64,000 nucleotides of DNA. It comes from Macrostomum lignano. Its lineage: Eukaryota. Position 1 is the stretch's first letter, and every line of letters begins with the position of its first letter. The notes under the pieces are model-generated. The model did not search any database. It saw only the letters and a program-made list of their open reading frames with translations, and was not told where the DNA came from. The stretch lies in assembly GCA_002269645.1 (NCBI GenBank), contig NIVC01000629.1, positions 62,001 to 126,000 of the forward strand, given 5' to 3'. Made by a program: the position numbers and the translations under genes. This document shows, piece after piece, positions 23,123-34,399 of the stretch.

Positions 23123-23994
23123 GGCTTCTGAGCCTTGAGCTTAGGACAGTCAGGCCTCTTGTGGCCTGGTTTACCGCACTCGTGGCACACAATGCCTTGC
23201 AGCCTATCTCTGACAGGTGCGGCTGGCGTCTGCTTGAGAAGCTGCTCAAGCATCTGCTGCTGCTGCTGCAGAACCTCATTCTGATGCCTGATTAGATTCT
23301 TAAGCTCATCGTCCTGTCGGGGAACCGTAGCTTTGTCCCCACCAAGGCTGCGACAGGGTGCGTCTTTGCTGCGGGCAGCAAGCTCACGCGCTGTCTCAAT
23401 GCGCTTGAAGGCGAACTTGGCGTCCTGTAGAGTCTCTGGACGACCCCAGTACAGCCGTTCTCTCGCCTCAATTGTAGTTCTGACACCTTTCAGGAACTGA
23501 TCAACAAGTTCTGATTCGAGCTGAGCTGGCAAGAGATAAGGATAAGCGAGTTCTCCGAGTTCGCGGAGAGCATCTGCAAACTCGTCAATGTCCTCGTTCT
23601 TGCGCTGAGTTCGGCAGCGGAAATCTTCTCGGAATTCCTGCGAGCCGCCTCTCTTTGAGAATCTCTCAATCAGCGCTTCCTTAAACACTTCGTACTCAAG
23701 ATGGTCTGGCAAGTTCAGGCGCAGGACCAAAGCATACGCCGTGTGCACGTCAAGGTTGGCGAGCAACTCCGCCTTCCTGTGGCAGGCACGAATGTCTTCG
23801 GTATCGCAGCGAAGATCGAAGGCTTTGATCCACGTGCGGATGTCTTGGGACGGCGTGTATTTAGCCATCTTGACATGCTGCCTGACTTGGCCTATACCAA
23901 GCTGGCGCTCCAGTGCATCGGCGAGACGATCGAGACGTTCGCCTAGTACCGGTGCCTCAGCTCCGGCTCCAGCACCATCATCAGGTGGTGCCAT
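23056..23994 (-). CDS. gag: Gypsy gag with CCHC zinc knuckle
   Basis: ATG 23994; capsid-like region; CHECGKPGHKRPDC; TAA 23056-23058. Confidence 0.93.
   Translation of the reverse strand: MAPPDDGAGAGAEAPVLGERLDRLADALERQLGIGQVRQHVKMAKYTPSQDIRTWIKAFDLRCDTEDIRACHRKAELLANLDVHTAYALVLRLNLPDHLEYEVFKEALIERFSKRGGSQEFREDFRCRTQRKNEDIDEFADALRELGELAYPYLLPAQLESELVDQFLKGVRTTIEARERLYWGRPETLQDAKFAFKRIETARELAARSKDAPCRSLGGDKATVPRQDDELKNLIRHQNEVLQQQQQMLEQLLKQTPAAPVRDRLQGIVCHECGKPGHKRPDCPKLKAQKPGNVRAGVANQDPLQGQPPKSH
23068..23122 (-). promoter_or_regulatory. Programmed -1 ribosomal frameshift signal
   Basis: G GGA AAC heptamer in the gag frame (23122-23116), 7-nt spacer, 9-bp stem CGGGGGTTG (23108-23100) / CAACCCCCG (23076-23068). 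Pol is in the -1 frame and open from just upstream. Confidence 0.85.
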
Positions 23995-24086
23995 TGAAGC
24001 ACGACTGCTGGCAATAGACATTGCTATGATTACTAAGTGAGACTAAGACGTAGGTGGACGAAGGATTGACGTGGTCGTTTTACCGG

Positions 24087-24104
24087 ATCCCACCGCTGCC
24101 ACCA
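24087..24104 (-). other. Primer-binding site complementary to the 3' end of tRNA-Leu(AAG/UAG)
   Basis: TGGTGGCAGCGGTGGGAT, 1 nt after the 5' LTR end. Animal tRNA-Leu(AAG) ends ..AUCCCACCGCUGCCA-CCA (recalled, not searched). Confidence 0.88.
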
Positions 24105-24105
24105 G

Positions 24106-25432
24106 TGTTATGCCGTGGCTTTCGCCCGAGATAGAACAAGGATTTCCCTGGGTGGTCGGGTAGGTCTTGATATCCCACCGCTGCCACCAGTGTAATGGCT
24201 GTGCCTTTTGCTCTCCGCTGCCACCAATGTAATGCTGGTGCCGGATCCCACCAATGTAACCAATGTAATGGCCTTGTGGATCCCCGTCTCTTTGGTGATT
24301 ACTGTTGTTGCCTACTACTTCCTCTGTCTGTCCTCGCTATCTAGCACGGCCGGTAGCTGGCCTGAGTGGTCTAGCACTATGGTCCGAATTAACCCCTCTT
24401 AGTCTCCACTGAGTACAGTTAGATAATAACCGAGTATTGGTAGTTGGGTTGCTGCCACCTTGTAGGTCTACCGGTGATATCCTCGACAGGTTACCCCTAG
24501 GTAGGCCTACTGATAAGTAGAAAATAAATAAGACAAACAAGTCAGTTAATCGTTTATTAATGTGAGTAACGGTCACAGGCCGATCCTAAAATATCGTTTA
24601 GTAGCTCAACTGGTGTCGCAGTAAACGCCCTAAGCTGTACTGTGCGTCAGTTGATGTTGCCCAGCAGTGTAGGTTGTAGGCCACGAGACCAGGTCCAGAC
24701 GGTGTTGAAGGTCTGGTGAGCTGCTGACACAAGGACCTGCGGCAGTCTTAATGAGCAAATGGCAGCTGCAACAAGGATTTGTTAGCAGGTTATCCCTAGG
24801 AAAAACGTCTAGCGATCTGCCTAAGCTAGTTCGTCTAGGAAAAGCATCTAGGAATACTAGCCTTTGCTCGAAGCCAAGCAGGCGGTCTCCGAGAGGATGG
24901 TCTCTTTGGGCCTTCACCTATTCTGTATTTATACTAAATTTCGGGGGTCTCAGGGCCAATGGGAAGCTCAGAGGCAGTTCCGTGGCAGATCCCATGGCAG
25001 TTCCGTGGACTACCCGGAGCCAGGAGCGATCTTGGAGATGTCCATAAGACATCTGCCTCATCATGCAGCCTCCGCATGGCCTGCTGGTACACTGCTTGCA
25101 TGTTGCCGCATGCAAGGAGTGCAACCAAGACCCCACGAGATCCTACCCCGGGCGGAGAGCTATGCTCTCACTCCCGCTGACTAAATAAGCCTGTACTAAG
25201 GGAGAAATATCCCACTGACTAATGTTTCTATTTTTAGCCCATTGCAGACTGCGCCAGGGGGAGAGGGGGAGAGATTTCTCTCCCTGTCCCGCGACAGCTG
25301 CACACCTGAGCCTGCACAAGGAAGAAGGGGAAGGGACAGCCCTATGCCCAGCTCCCACTGCTGCAGCCCAAGCACTAACTGACTAAGGGGGATCCCAGGA
25401 GCAGCCTATGCTAGCTATGCTGGATCACCACA
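24106..25432 (-). repeat. 5' LTR
   Basis: Copy of 16238-17564; PBS on the inner side and TSD on the outer side. Confidence 0.97.
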
Positions 25433-26104
25433 CAGTTTTAATTAATCACTTAATGCTTCATCGCAACTTGAAATTGATTACCAACTATCAGTATGATCTC
25501 AGCGAAGCTGTCACTGTTTTTTACTTACAATCGTTTAGTTGGCCTCGATCCATTTCACAATAAAAATCCACATAGTTCAACATTAAGCTGTAATCCCCAT
25601 AGCCTCGCTACCTCTGAAAGTTTTGTTCTACTCGTGTCATGAATGAGTCAGGATGACATGCCAACCAATTGATTTTTTTCAGTTTTGTCTGCCTGTCACG
25701 GTTTCTTTTTGTCTTGAAAGTGTCTAAAAGCGTTTTCCTATTTGTCAATCAATATTTTGTACCAGTTGCCCTGTTCTCCCATAGGATTAATGAGGGTTTA
25801 CTCTCTGTGCAGTGAATATTGTACTTAGTACAGATGTCTGCATTGCCTTGCAAAGATTGCATCAACTTCAGCTTATTGTACAAACTGATTGAAGCTCAAT
25901 AAAAATTCTACTGTACAATGCGCTACACTGGCCTGAGCTGTCCTATCGATTATTTTGTATCTGTCTTTAGCTCAATGAGAAAGTTACAAAATAGGAGCTG
26001 AGCTACAAATTTTTGTAGTATGAGATCAGGAGAAGGCAGATTGAGGTGCCGGTAGATATAATTTGAAAAGTTAAAAGTTAAAATTAGGTTAGGAGACTCA
26101 GTGG

Positions 26105-26912
26105 GGGAAAGCGGAGAGGCAGATTCAGTCAGAGAGTGGAGAGGCAGATTCAGTCGGAGTGGAGAGGCAGATTCAGTCAGAGCGGAGAGGCAGATTCAGT
26201 CAGAGCGGAGAGGCAGATTCAGTCAGAGCGGAGAGGCAGATTCAGTCAGAGCGGAGAGGCAGATTCAGTCAGAGCGGAGAGGCAGATTCAGTCAGAGAGA
26301 GCGGAGAGGCAGATTCAGTCAGAGCGGAGAGGCAGATTCAGTCAGAGCGGAGAGGCAGATTCAGCCAGAGCGGAGAGGCAGATTCAGTCAGAGCGGAGAG
26401 GCAGAAATTCAGTCAGAGTGGAGAGGCAGATTCAGCCAGAGCGGAGAGGCAGATTCAGCCAGAGCGGAGAGGCAGATTCAGTCAGAGCGGAGAGACAGAT
26501 TCAGCCAGAGCGGAGAGGCAGATTCAGTCAGAGCGGAGAGGCAGAAATTCAGTCAGAGTGGAGAGGCAGATTCAGCCAGAGCGGAGAGGCAGATTCAGCC
26601 AGAGCGGAGAGGCAGATTCAGCCAGAGCGGAGAGGCAGATTCAGCCAGAGCGGAGAGGCAGACTCAGTCAGAGTGGAGAGGCAGATTCAGTCAGAGAGAG
26701 CAGAGAGGCAGATTCAGTTAGAGAGTGGAGAGGCAGATTCAGTTAGAGAGCGGAGAGGCAGATTCAGTCAGAGTGGAGAGGCAGATTCAGTCAGAGAGAG
26801 CAGAGAGGCAGATTCAGTTAGAGAGTGGAGAGGCAGATTCAGTCAGAGAGCGGAGAGGCAGATTCAGCCAGAGCGGAGAGGCAGATTCAGCCAGAGCGGA
26901 GAGGCAGACTCA
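26105..26912. repeat. 23-bp purine-rich minisatellite
   Basis: AGCGGAGAGGCAGATTCAGTCAG with variants, about 33 copies. Confidence 0.95.
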
Positions 26913-27248
26913 GAGTCAAGAGAAAACTTCAATCATTTTATTTTTTTTAAACTAAGAAAGCCTCAGCTAGCTAGGCGGCTCAAGTTCTTGTTAACTTTAT
27001 TTCCTCAGAATTTATTCTTTGCAAAGTTCCGCTTGAGCGATATTTTAGCCCTTTATTTGCTGCAGCAAAAAAAGTATTTTATTGATTTTATAATTATTTT
27101 ACAGTCTAAAAGACATCATATCCATGCAATTTATCGTATACAGCGTTTGGTATAAGATTTATCCTTAGTGTAATGTGACAGCATACGTGTACCAAGTAAT
27201 CCAAGCAGTTAATCCAAGTATGACAAAAAGAGCAAAATTGGCATTAGC

Positions 27249-29277
27249 TTAAGCCAGTCCAGTGATGCCAGACTTGCGGAATATTTCTTTCAATTCGCCG
27301 CTCTCGTGAAATCTTTTGATCTCAAACTCGCCTCCGATGTGCCGGCCGTCAACGAACAGGTGAGGCACCTGTTTGAATTGGGATTTGGGATTGATCAGTT
27401 GAGGCTGTAATTCACTTGGAATTTGAAGTAGTTGCTAAGGGGTGTAGTTTTGGCTTTTGGTGAGCCTGTTTGCGGGGTAGTTTTAGCTGTTGGTGGAGTA
27501 CATGTAGTTTCGGCTGTAGGTGGGGTAGTTTCGGCTGTAGGTGGGGTAGTTTCGGCTCTAGGTGGGGGTAGTTTCATTTTTTATTGCGCTTCAAAAGTAT
27601 ACAGTACTGTATATAGTGTAGGGGTCTACTTTCGCCTATCATCGTGGCAGACAGGCAGACCAGGCCCATGCAGCTGCAGTTTACAGCAGCACATCGCTTG
27701 CAGTCGACCTACCGCAAATGCGTCTTCTGCATCTTTAACCCAATTGTGTGTTTGGCTTTATGCAAAAGCAGAAAAGTTTTTCCTTCAATACAAATTGCAG
27801 GGATGCTGCAGCGTATGCAAGCAACAGCGCGCAGCAGCTGCTGACAGAAACCCTCCCCCATCGGTGAAGAAGGCGCTCGGGGTGGGGGGGGGGGGTTACG
27901 GCTCTGTCGAAGCAGAAATTCGCAAATCGGAAACTTTATAAGAATAAAAGAAAAAAGCTATTTTTGTTGCAGAGAAGTGCGCTGGCTCTGCATGTCACTG
28001 TGCTACTCCGTAGACATTCTTGTTTGCTTGTTTGCTGCGGAAACAGCTGTTGCTGCTTTCGTCTCCCTCTCTCTCTCTCTCCCTCTCTCTCTCTTCGCAT
28101 CTTTGACTTATTGTGAACTGGAAACGGGACAAGACGATCAGGAAAAAAAAGTTTGTAACTAAAAAATGGGCCTTTGCGGACGAACGAATTGTACTTTTTA
28201 TATAACAATAAGTGCATACATCGTTTGAAAATGGTGCGTTACGATTTTAGTATGGAAACCCTGGTATAACTCGTAAAAAACTTTCATTTCATTTGAGCGG
28301 GGCGCCATTTTGTTTGAACGTGGCGCCAATGCATTCAAGCGGGGGAGCCATCTCATTTGAATTTATTTGTGATATTCCATCAAATTTTTCTGTTTATATT
28401 GAGTCTCAAAAAGGTACTGATTCAGCAAGGTCACGGGCATGAAGTGCGCTGAAATAAAAACAGCCTTAAGACTTGGGATTTACAATCCTAAATAGAACTG
28501 GCAGTTGCGGTTTTACTGGCTTTCCTACTGCGAAATTGCGTCCCTCGGGGGGGGGGGGCTCGGGCAATGGGCCTACATTGCATCCACAGCTTCCCTCTCA
28601 ATGCTGGACCAGAGGCCGAAGCCCCAGACAGAGCGGCGTCCTACCACACGTTTTATTTGCTTGACTTTGTATAATATAAATGCTAAGCATCAAGTTTACA
28701 GTACTGCGTGACAAATGTAGCAAAAAGTTTCTGTTTCTCGTATTTACTGTAAGCTATATTAACTTGATATTTAAATGTGCTACTTTTAGTAGGCTATTAA
28801 GAAAGGGGAAGCCTACCTACACAGGGGTGTCCCCATGGATTTTATGGTGCAGGTGGGAGACTAACCAAAAATTATAGACGAAAAATCCCCCCCCCCCCTA
28901 TTACGCTTGTATTTAGGAATCAGTGTTGTTATTACTGCGCATGATTTTTGGCACTGCAGACAATCATTTTGGCGCCACAGGTGCTCAGGCCATTAATTTA
29001 GCGCCGCATCTACCGGTACTCCTGAGCATACATGTAAAATTTGACTTACTTCTCTCCTATCAAACAGCGTCTTAGTGAGGAGATAGTCTTCCAGCTGCGA
29101 ACAGTCGGTCCTAGCCTCGATGTTGACAGTTTCGAATACACCCTGGCGATCTTTATTGAGCCCGTACGATTCCAGAATAACTCGGCACTGCTTGCACGAT
29201 GGCACTGAGGATTTTTCGAAGAGAACAACCTTTCTGTGGCGGATCTTTTTCTCGACATAGCCCTGCGTGTAGGTCAT
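27249..29277 (-). CDS. Glutaredoxin-fold protein, 115 aa, atypical active site; exons 29277-29050 and 27368-27249
   Basis: MTYTQGYVEKKIRHRKVVLFEKSSVPSCKQCRVIL..FETVNIE..QLEDYL..RRE|VPHLFVDGRHIGGEFEIKRFHESGELKEIF aligns with the Grx1 pattern (KVVVF.K..CPYC, TVP..F, IGG, ..SGEL). Donor GTAAGT 29049, acceptor aaacag 27369, phase 0. The ORF track missed exon 2. Confidence 0.85.
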
Positions 29278-29505
29278 AGCGACTTTTTCACAGGTCTGAA
29301 TAGTTTATACTGCAAATGAAAACCAATGGGAGTTTAAGACACAAAAACAAAACAGTGTCGTGATTTCATATAGTAAGTTTTTTTTACATTTTAGGCGCAC
29401 TAATTCTTGCACAAAACAAATATATATATATATAGCTTGCATTGAATTAAATTTGTACTTAATTGGCTACTTGCTGCTAAAATTTAAATGACTTAATATA
29501 GAACA

Positions 29506-31151
29506 CAGTGCTGGGCAAGTTAATCAATTTTTTTAACTCGTTAAAAGTTAAAAAGTTAATTTAATTGCTCCAAAAAAATTAACTGTAACTAGTTAATTAT
29601 TTAACTTTTGCCCAAAATTTAACTTCTGAAAAGTTAAAAGTTAAAGTTAATAATTCCCTAACAGAAAAAGTGACATTTTCCTGGACATGTGTTCAGTGTG
29701 TTTTTTAAATTTCAGGTCGGCGCGGCGCGGCTGTGGCCAGGTCGCGGCGCCCTGGGGAGCTTGTCAGGGAATACTCCCCTGGGAATTAGACCGGAGACCC
29801 TGGGGAGAAAAAAAGCATTTTTAACTAAATTTTTGCCATTTAAATAAGAAAATCATTCGCAGAAAGCTGATTGAAACTCTGTCTATGCTTTTTTACCACA
29901 AAACTGCTTATTTCAATGTATTATTTCAAACACAACACACGTTTGAATGGGGGGGGGGGTTTAGAAGACTGAAATTTCACAACGCCGAAACACCATACTT
30001 CACAAGACCGAAACTTCATAAGACCAAAATTTCACATTGTAGAAAACTTTACAATAAGGATTGTATTGCATGTAGAATTTTCGGCGTTGTGAAATTTCGG
30101 TCTTATGAAATTAGCGACCCGTTTGAATGTTTTTTTTTCACTATGAGTCTTTCAATCAAGCAAATTGAATGTACGAGCGTAGAAACCTGTCAGGAAAAAG
30201 AAGCCTTACTGACTATTGTGTTGGTCTACGTTGACGGCTTGACAGATTTGACACAGGCACAGCGCCATATCCTGTGTCAGTCACTGACGCATAGGGGGGT
30301 GTCATACAATAACAAAATACTCCGTATTAGACAGGACAAAATGGTGATTTACATGTATCTGCAAGAAATTAAAATTCCGATTATAAAAACAGTCTCATTC
30401 ATTAATTATCCTCCCACGAGTGCAGCTGCTGAGTATGCATTTTCCGCCTCCGGAGTCTGGACCCTTTCTGATAAAGGTGCGCACACGATTTGGTGATGCC
30501 AAATCGGTGATGTCAAATACAGTTTTAAACAAACATTGCTTAAAGTTTTTACCCTTGCGCCTTGAATATGTAGTCCATCCAAAGCTTTAATCAAAGTTTA
30601 AAAAATGCCACTTAGTGACTTATAAAGATCTAAGTTATCCGCCGTTTTTTTACTTATTTTTTCCCCGGGGTCCCCGTGGAATGACAGTAAATTCCCCAGG
30701 TCCCCAATAAGAAAATTCCCTGGGGAATCGACATCCCTATGTACAACGATAACTTCTAGTAGTCATTGGGTAGAATATCAATAGATAATAGTTGAAGATT
30801 CCAGAATCTTCCGGAATATTCTATACATTATAACTTGTAACTGAAATATATACATGTAATAGTTTGTGACGCATTAAATAATGCTTAGAAAGGCGAAGTT
30901 ATTTTATGTATGTATTAATTTTACTTTTTAATGGCATATAAGCTGTTGAAACCCGCGGATTTTGAACCCGGGGAACTCCATTTCCCGGAATTATTAACTT
31001 TTGTCATTTAACTTTAACTTACAAGAAAAAATTAACGATTTTTGTTAACTAGTTAATACATAAAAAATTTAACGAAAATTTAACGATTTTTTAAAAAAAT
31101 TAACTAGTTAATTAACTAGTTAAACAATTAACTAGTTAACGCCCAGCACTG
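29506..31151. mobile_element. Composite non-autonomous hAT-like DNA transposon remnant
   Basis: 11-bp TIRs CAGTGCTGGGC (29506) and GCCCAGCACTG (31141-31151) with subterminal AGTTAA repeats. Internal PPTSAAAEYAFSASG (about 30410-30455) resembles the hAT dimerisation domain. Internal Ac-like end ..GGGGAATCGACATCCCTA at about 30739. No exact TSD. Confidence 0.6.
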
Positions 31152-33259
31152 AATTAGAACACTATGATTTGTTCATTAAAACGAATAATTGTAGGGAAGT
31201 TATTTAACATTAAATGCTTTCTTATAAGCACGCCACTACTCCAACAAACAAAACGTAACGACAATAAGCAGTTAAAATGATATAATTATCGCATAGAATA
31301 GGAAAAAAAGTTATAGATAAAGTAATGGTAATTATCTTTTGTTTTGACCATAACTTTATATTATTCTTATACTTACAGTGTATAGAAGAATGATAAATAA
31401 TATTTTATTTTAATTATATTCATAGGAAAATCATTGCTCTGATACAAAAATTACAGTAGTTGAAGTTCTGCTAGTGCTGAGCTCATAAATCTAGATGTGC
31501 CAAGGTTTTAAAACTCAATTTTTTATTATTAAACATATTATTCGTAATTTTTTTCTTATTCACAATTCCGACCTTGTCCATAAAATTCCATCTCTTACAA
31601 ATTTAAATGGATATGATACTTTTGATGCAGGTAAATGGTTATTAAAGTTACCATGTTAATGTATGAATGTGTTGAATGTGTTGATTGTTGGCTTTCATAC
31701 GAAGAAAGTTGATTTCTATCATAGACGCTGCGAAATATATAGAAAGATCGAAGTCAAAATAGGCAAACAACGACGCGATGTCATCTGCATCCATACTAAA
31801 GCACATTTTCGAGCTTGCTTTTAGGGGTTAATTTTTATAAAAATATTTCCTGTACGAAATATTTGATGGATAGAATATTAAAGCTGCAATTCGAATAAAA
31901 CGTTTTGTTTAACCGTGCTCTTTAAAGTTTAGCGGAACCTAGAATATATGAGTGGACTCAGGACTGCCGCAAAAAATGAATTTAATTCACCTTCAAATTG
32001 CACACTAAGGTAAATTCACGGTAAATTTTTTTATAAGAGGTTGTACTGGCAATATTTAGATCATATATAGCTTCCCTGTTAAAAGGCATTTCAGATAAAA
32101 TTACCTACAAATAAAATTTCCCCTGAAGAGGCCAAAGTAGATTTTAGCTGTTTTGTACATACAATTACTACTGAAAAAAGTTGAAGAAAATGTAAAAGTA
32201 AACATTTTGATGGCTAATACTTTGGGTAAGCAATTAAATTAGCAAAGTGACTAAAAATTTCAGAGCTGAAGAGGTTTGGAAATTAAGAAAACGAAAGCTT
32301 CATTACATTTATAGATATTGAACCTACTACTAGTAATGTATACTACTAGTAACATGTAAACTTAATTTATCATACGTGTAGTTTACATGTTAGTATAAAT
32401 AAGCATTTAGTTTCTTGACCCCGTAAGTAAACATAAAATTCCTTATTTAGCTGCACTGTCACTGATACAACTACGTAGGTGAATTACATAAATTTTATGT
32501 ACAAGTACATGCATGTTATACCTACTGTACGTATAGTGCCTGTGTTCAAAATATGCCTAAAACTAATACAATTGCATGTATGTTAAGAAAATCCACTAGA
32601 AATGCTTCCAGAATGCGCAATTGAGTTTAAAAAATCGCAATTACTGTCGGATATACATAAAATTTTACATTGTATACTATAAGCTCATCAATTTTCAAGG
32701 GCCTGTGCACCTAACGTATCAGAATATGCATAGGAATCGATGTGACTTGAACTAACAGTTGTCCCTGCAGCTGTCCATCAGTTGTAAGATGCACTCAGTC
32801 TCTTAAGGACACGGTGCCTATTTTTGCTGCAAGTTGCAAGCAATTCAGTGACTGCACCTGTGTGCAATAAGGCTTAAGGCCTTATTGCCTTAAGACGCTC
32901 CTCCTTTCGCAGGTAAAATTCAGTTTGTTGGGAACTGATATCATGGCAAACAAGCGATAGGGAGACTGCATGATTCTCTCTTTCGTTCTCCCGCTTTCAC
33001 TGGACAAAGAAGTTTGCCTAGCAACACGATATCGGTTTTAAGTTTCAACAGCAACGTTCGAGCATAACATGAAAAATCTGTACAAGCATGCCGCTAAACA
33101 TGTACATTTATAGACCCTTTTAGCCTAATAGTCTAGTCTCAACGGCTATCAAGAAAATCGGAACCTGGATGGATTACTGGACACCTGACAAGTGTCCGAA
33201 ATTCAGAAAAGTAAAAAATCCCGCATCCTCAAAAAGGCGAACTCGTCGAGCTCATCCTA

Positions 33260-33570
33260 TCGAGCTTGACGTGACACTTCATGAGACGACACAGTACAAC
33301 AGATTACCAAATCAAAAATATCAAATAATGAGAACAGCTTCACAGGGCCTGGGCAGCATCTTCTGCAGATACTCGACTCGGTGAGAATGATGTAGCTGCC
33401 GCATTGGCGATTGGTCAGCGTCCAGGACTCGGCGTTGTACAGCCACTGTTGTTGAATATCTTGTCCACCGCACTCTGGCCTCGGACTGCAGGACGAAGAG
33501 AAGCCTTTAGGCAATGCGTCACTGACGCTTCAGATCGGGAGCCAGACCGCCGACATGTAGACGAATTTCT
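33260..33570 (-). mobile_element. Decayed RTE-like LINE reverse-transcriptase fragment
   Basis: WLYNAESWTLT resembles the RTE-clade LLYxxExWTLT motif; surrounding frames are broken. Confidence 0.45.
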
Positions 33571-34087
33571 GGTATCGTCGTTCCGTCGCTTGTCTGTCAG
33601 GGCCTCGGCACAAAATTTCGTGTAGCTGCAATGTAGAAAAGTGACAAAAAACTGAAATAACTGAAACCATACAGGTTTGACAATTATTTCAACTGCAGGA
33701 ATCAGTGACGATGGTGTGAAGGTAAATTCCCTGCCCTTGGGGCTTCTGATGTCTAATTCTATCCCATCGTGAGAACAAGGACCCTTCGAGCAATCGGAAG
33801 TTAAATCTTCCCTTCGTCGAAGCCATGCAGATTTAGAGAATATCGCCCGACCTGGCTTGAAGTCATAGGCGACAATTGGCTTGAGGCAAGTGAAGAATTC
33901 AATTCCATCATTACATCCCTGAACACAGTCAACGCAAATTAACCAGATAATTTGAACGAAAATTACTACTCTGGACGTCTAATTAAAAAATTTCTCTTCT
34001 GATTGGCTTATTTCGATCTTATGTTTTATGTTTTATTAGACTTATGTTTTATTAGACCTTCAACCTGCTTTATAGCTGTCTACAACA

Positions 34088-34230
34088 GCGATTGCAGCTT
34101 AGTGGTTAGAGTGTCGGACTCGCGACTGAAAGGTCGACACACTCGAAAAATATTGCGTCCTTGAGCAAGGCACCTACATGTACCTAAGTCTGCATTGCTT
34201 CAGTTCACTCAGATGGGGTAACTTTTTGGG
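34088..34230 (+). mobile_element. tRNA-derived SINE remnant
   Basis: A-box-like GCAGCTTAGTGGTTAGAG and tRNA-like head, degenerate B box, then GTCCTTGAGCAAGGCAC resembling the CORE-SINE central motif. Confidence 0.5.
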
Positions 34231-34399
34231 TGTTGTGTAACACTCCCCCCAGTCCTTGGATTAAACAGCAGTACGCAGCATTCAAATGCGCCGCATAATC
34301 GCTGCGGCTGAGATGTTGGTTGCACATCTGCTCATTAGGGCAGGTGTAATCAATCATTATTATTTGTTAGGCCCCTTCAACCTGCTTAGTTAGGACTTA

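Larger units (their letters stand above)
16238..25432 (-). mobile_element. Full-length, very recent Ty3/Gypsy LTR retrotransposon, 9195 bp
   Basis: Two 1327-bp TG..CA LTRs at constant offset 7868. 4-bp TSD CAGT at 16234-16237 and 25433-25436. Order gag, PR, RT, RH, IN. PBS and PPT in the expected places. Confidence 0.97.

Noticed and set aside
24106-24275. CRISPR array interpretation of the repeat-spacer ladder and of the minisatellites
   Set aside because: Eukaryotic context and no cas genes; ladder repeats are tRNA-complementary and uneven, and the minisatellites have no unique spacers.
26101-27155. ERQIQSERRGRFSQSGEADS repeat proteins
   Set aside because: All frames of a 23-bp minisatellite with frame-breaking indels.
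34088-34160. tRNA gene
   Set aside because: Has an A box but no intact T-arm/B box or acceptor stem; better explained as a SINE head.
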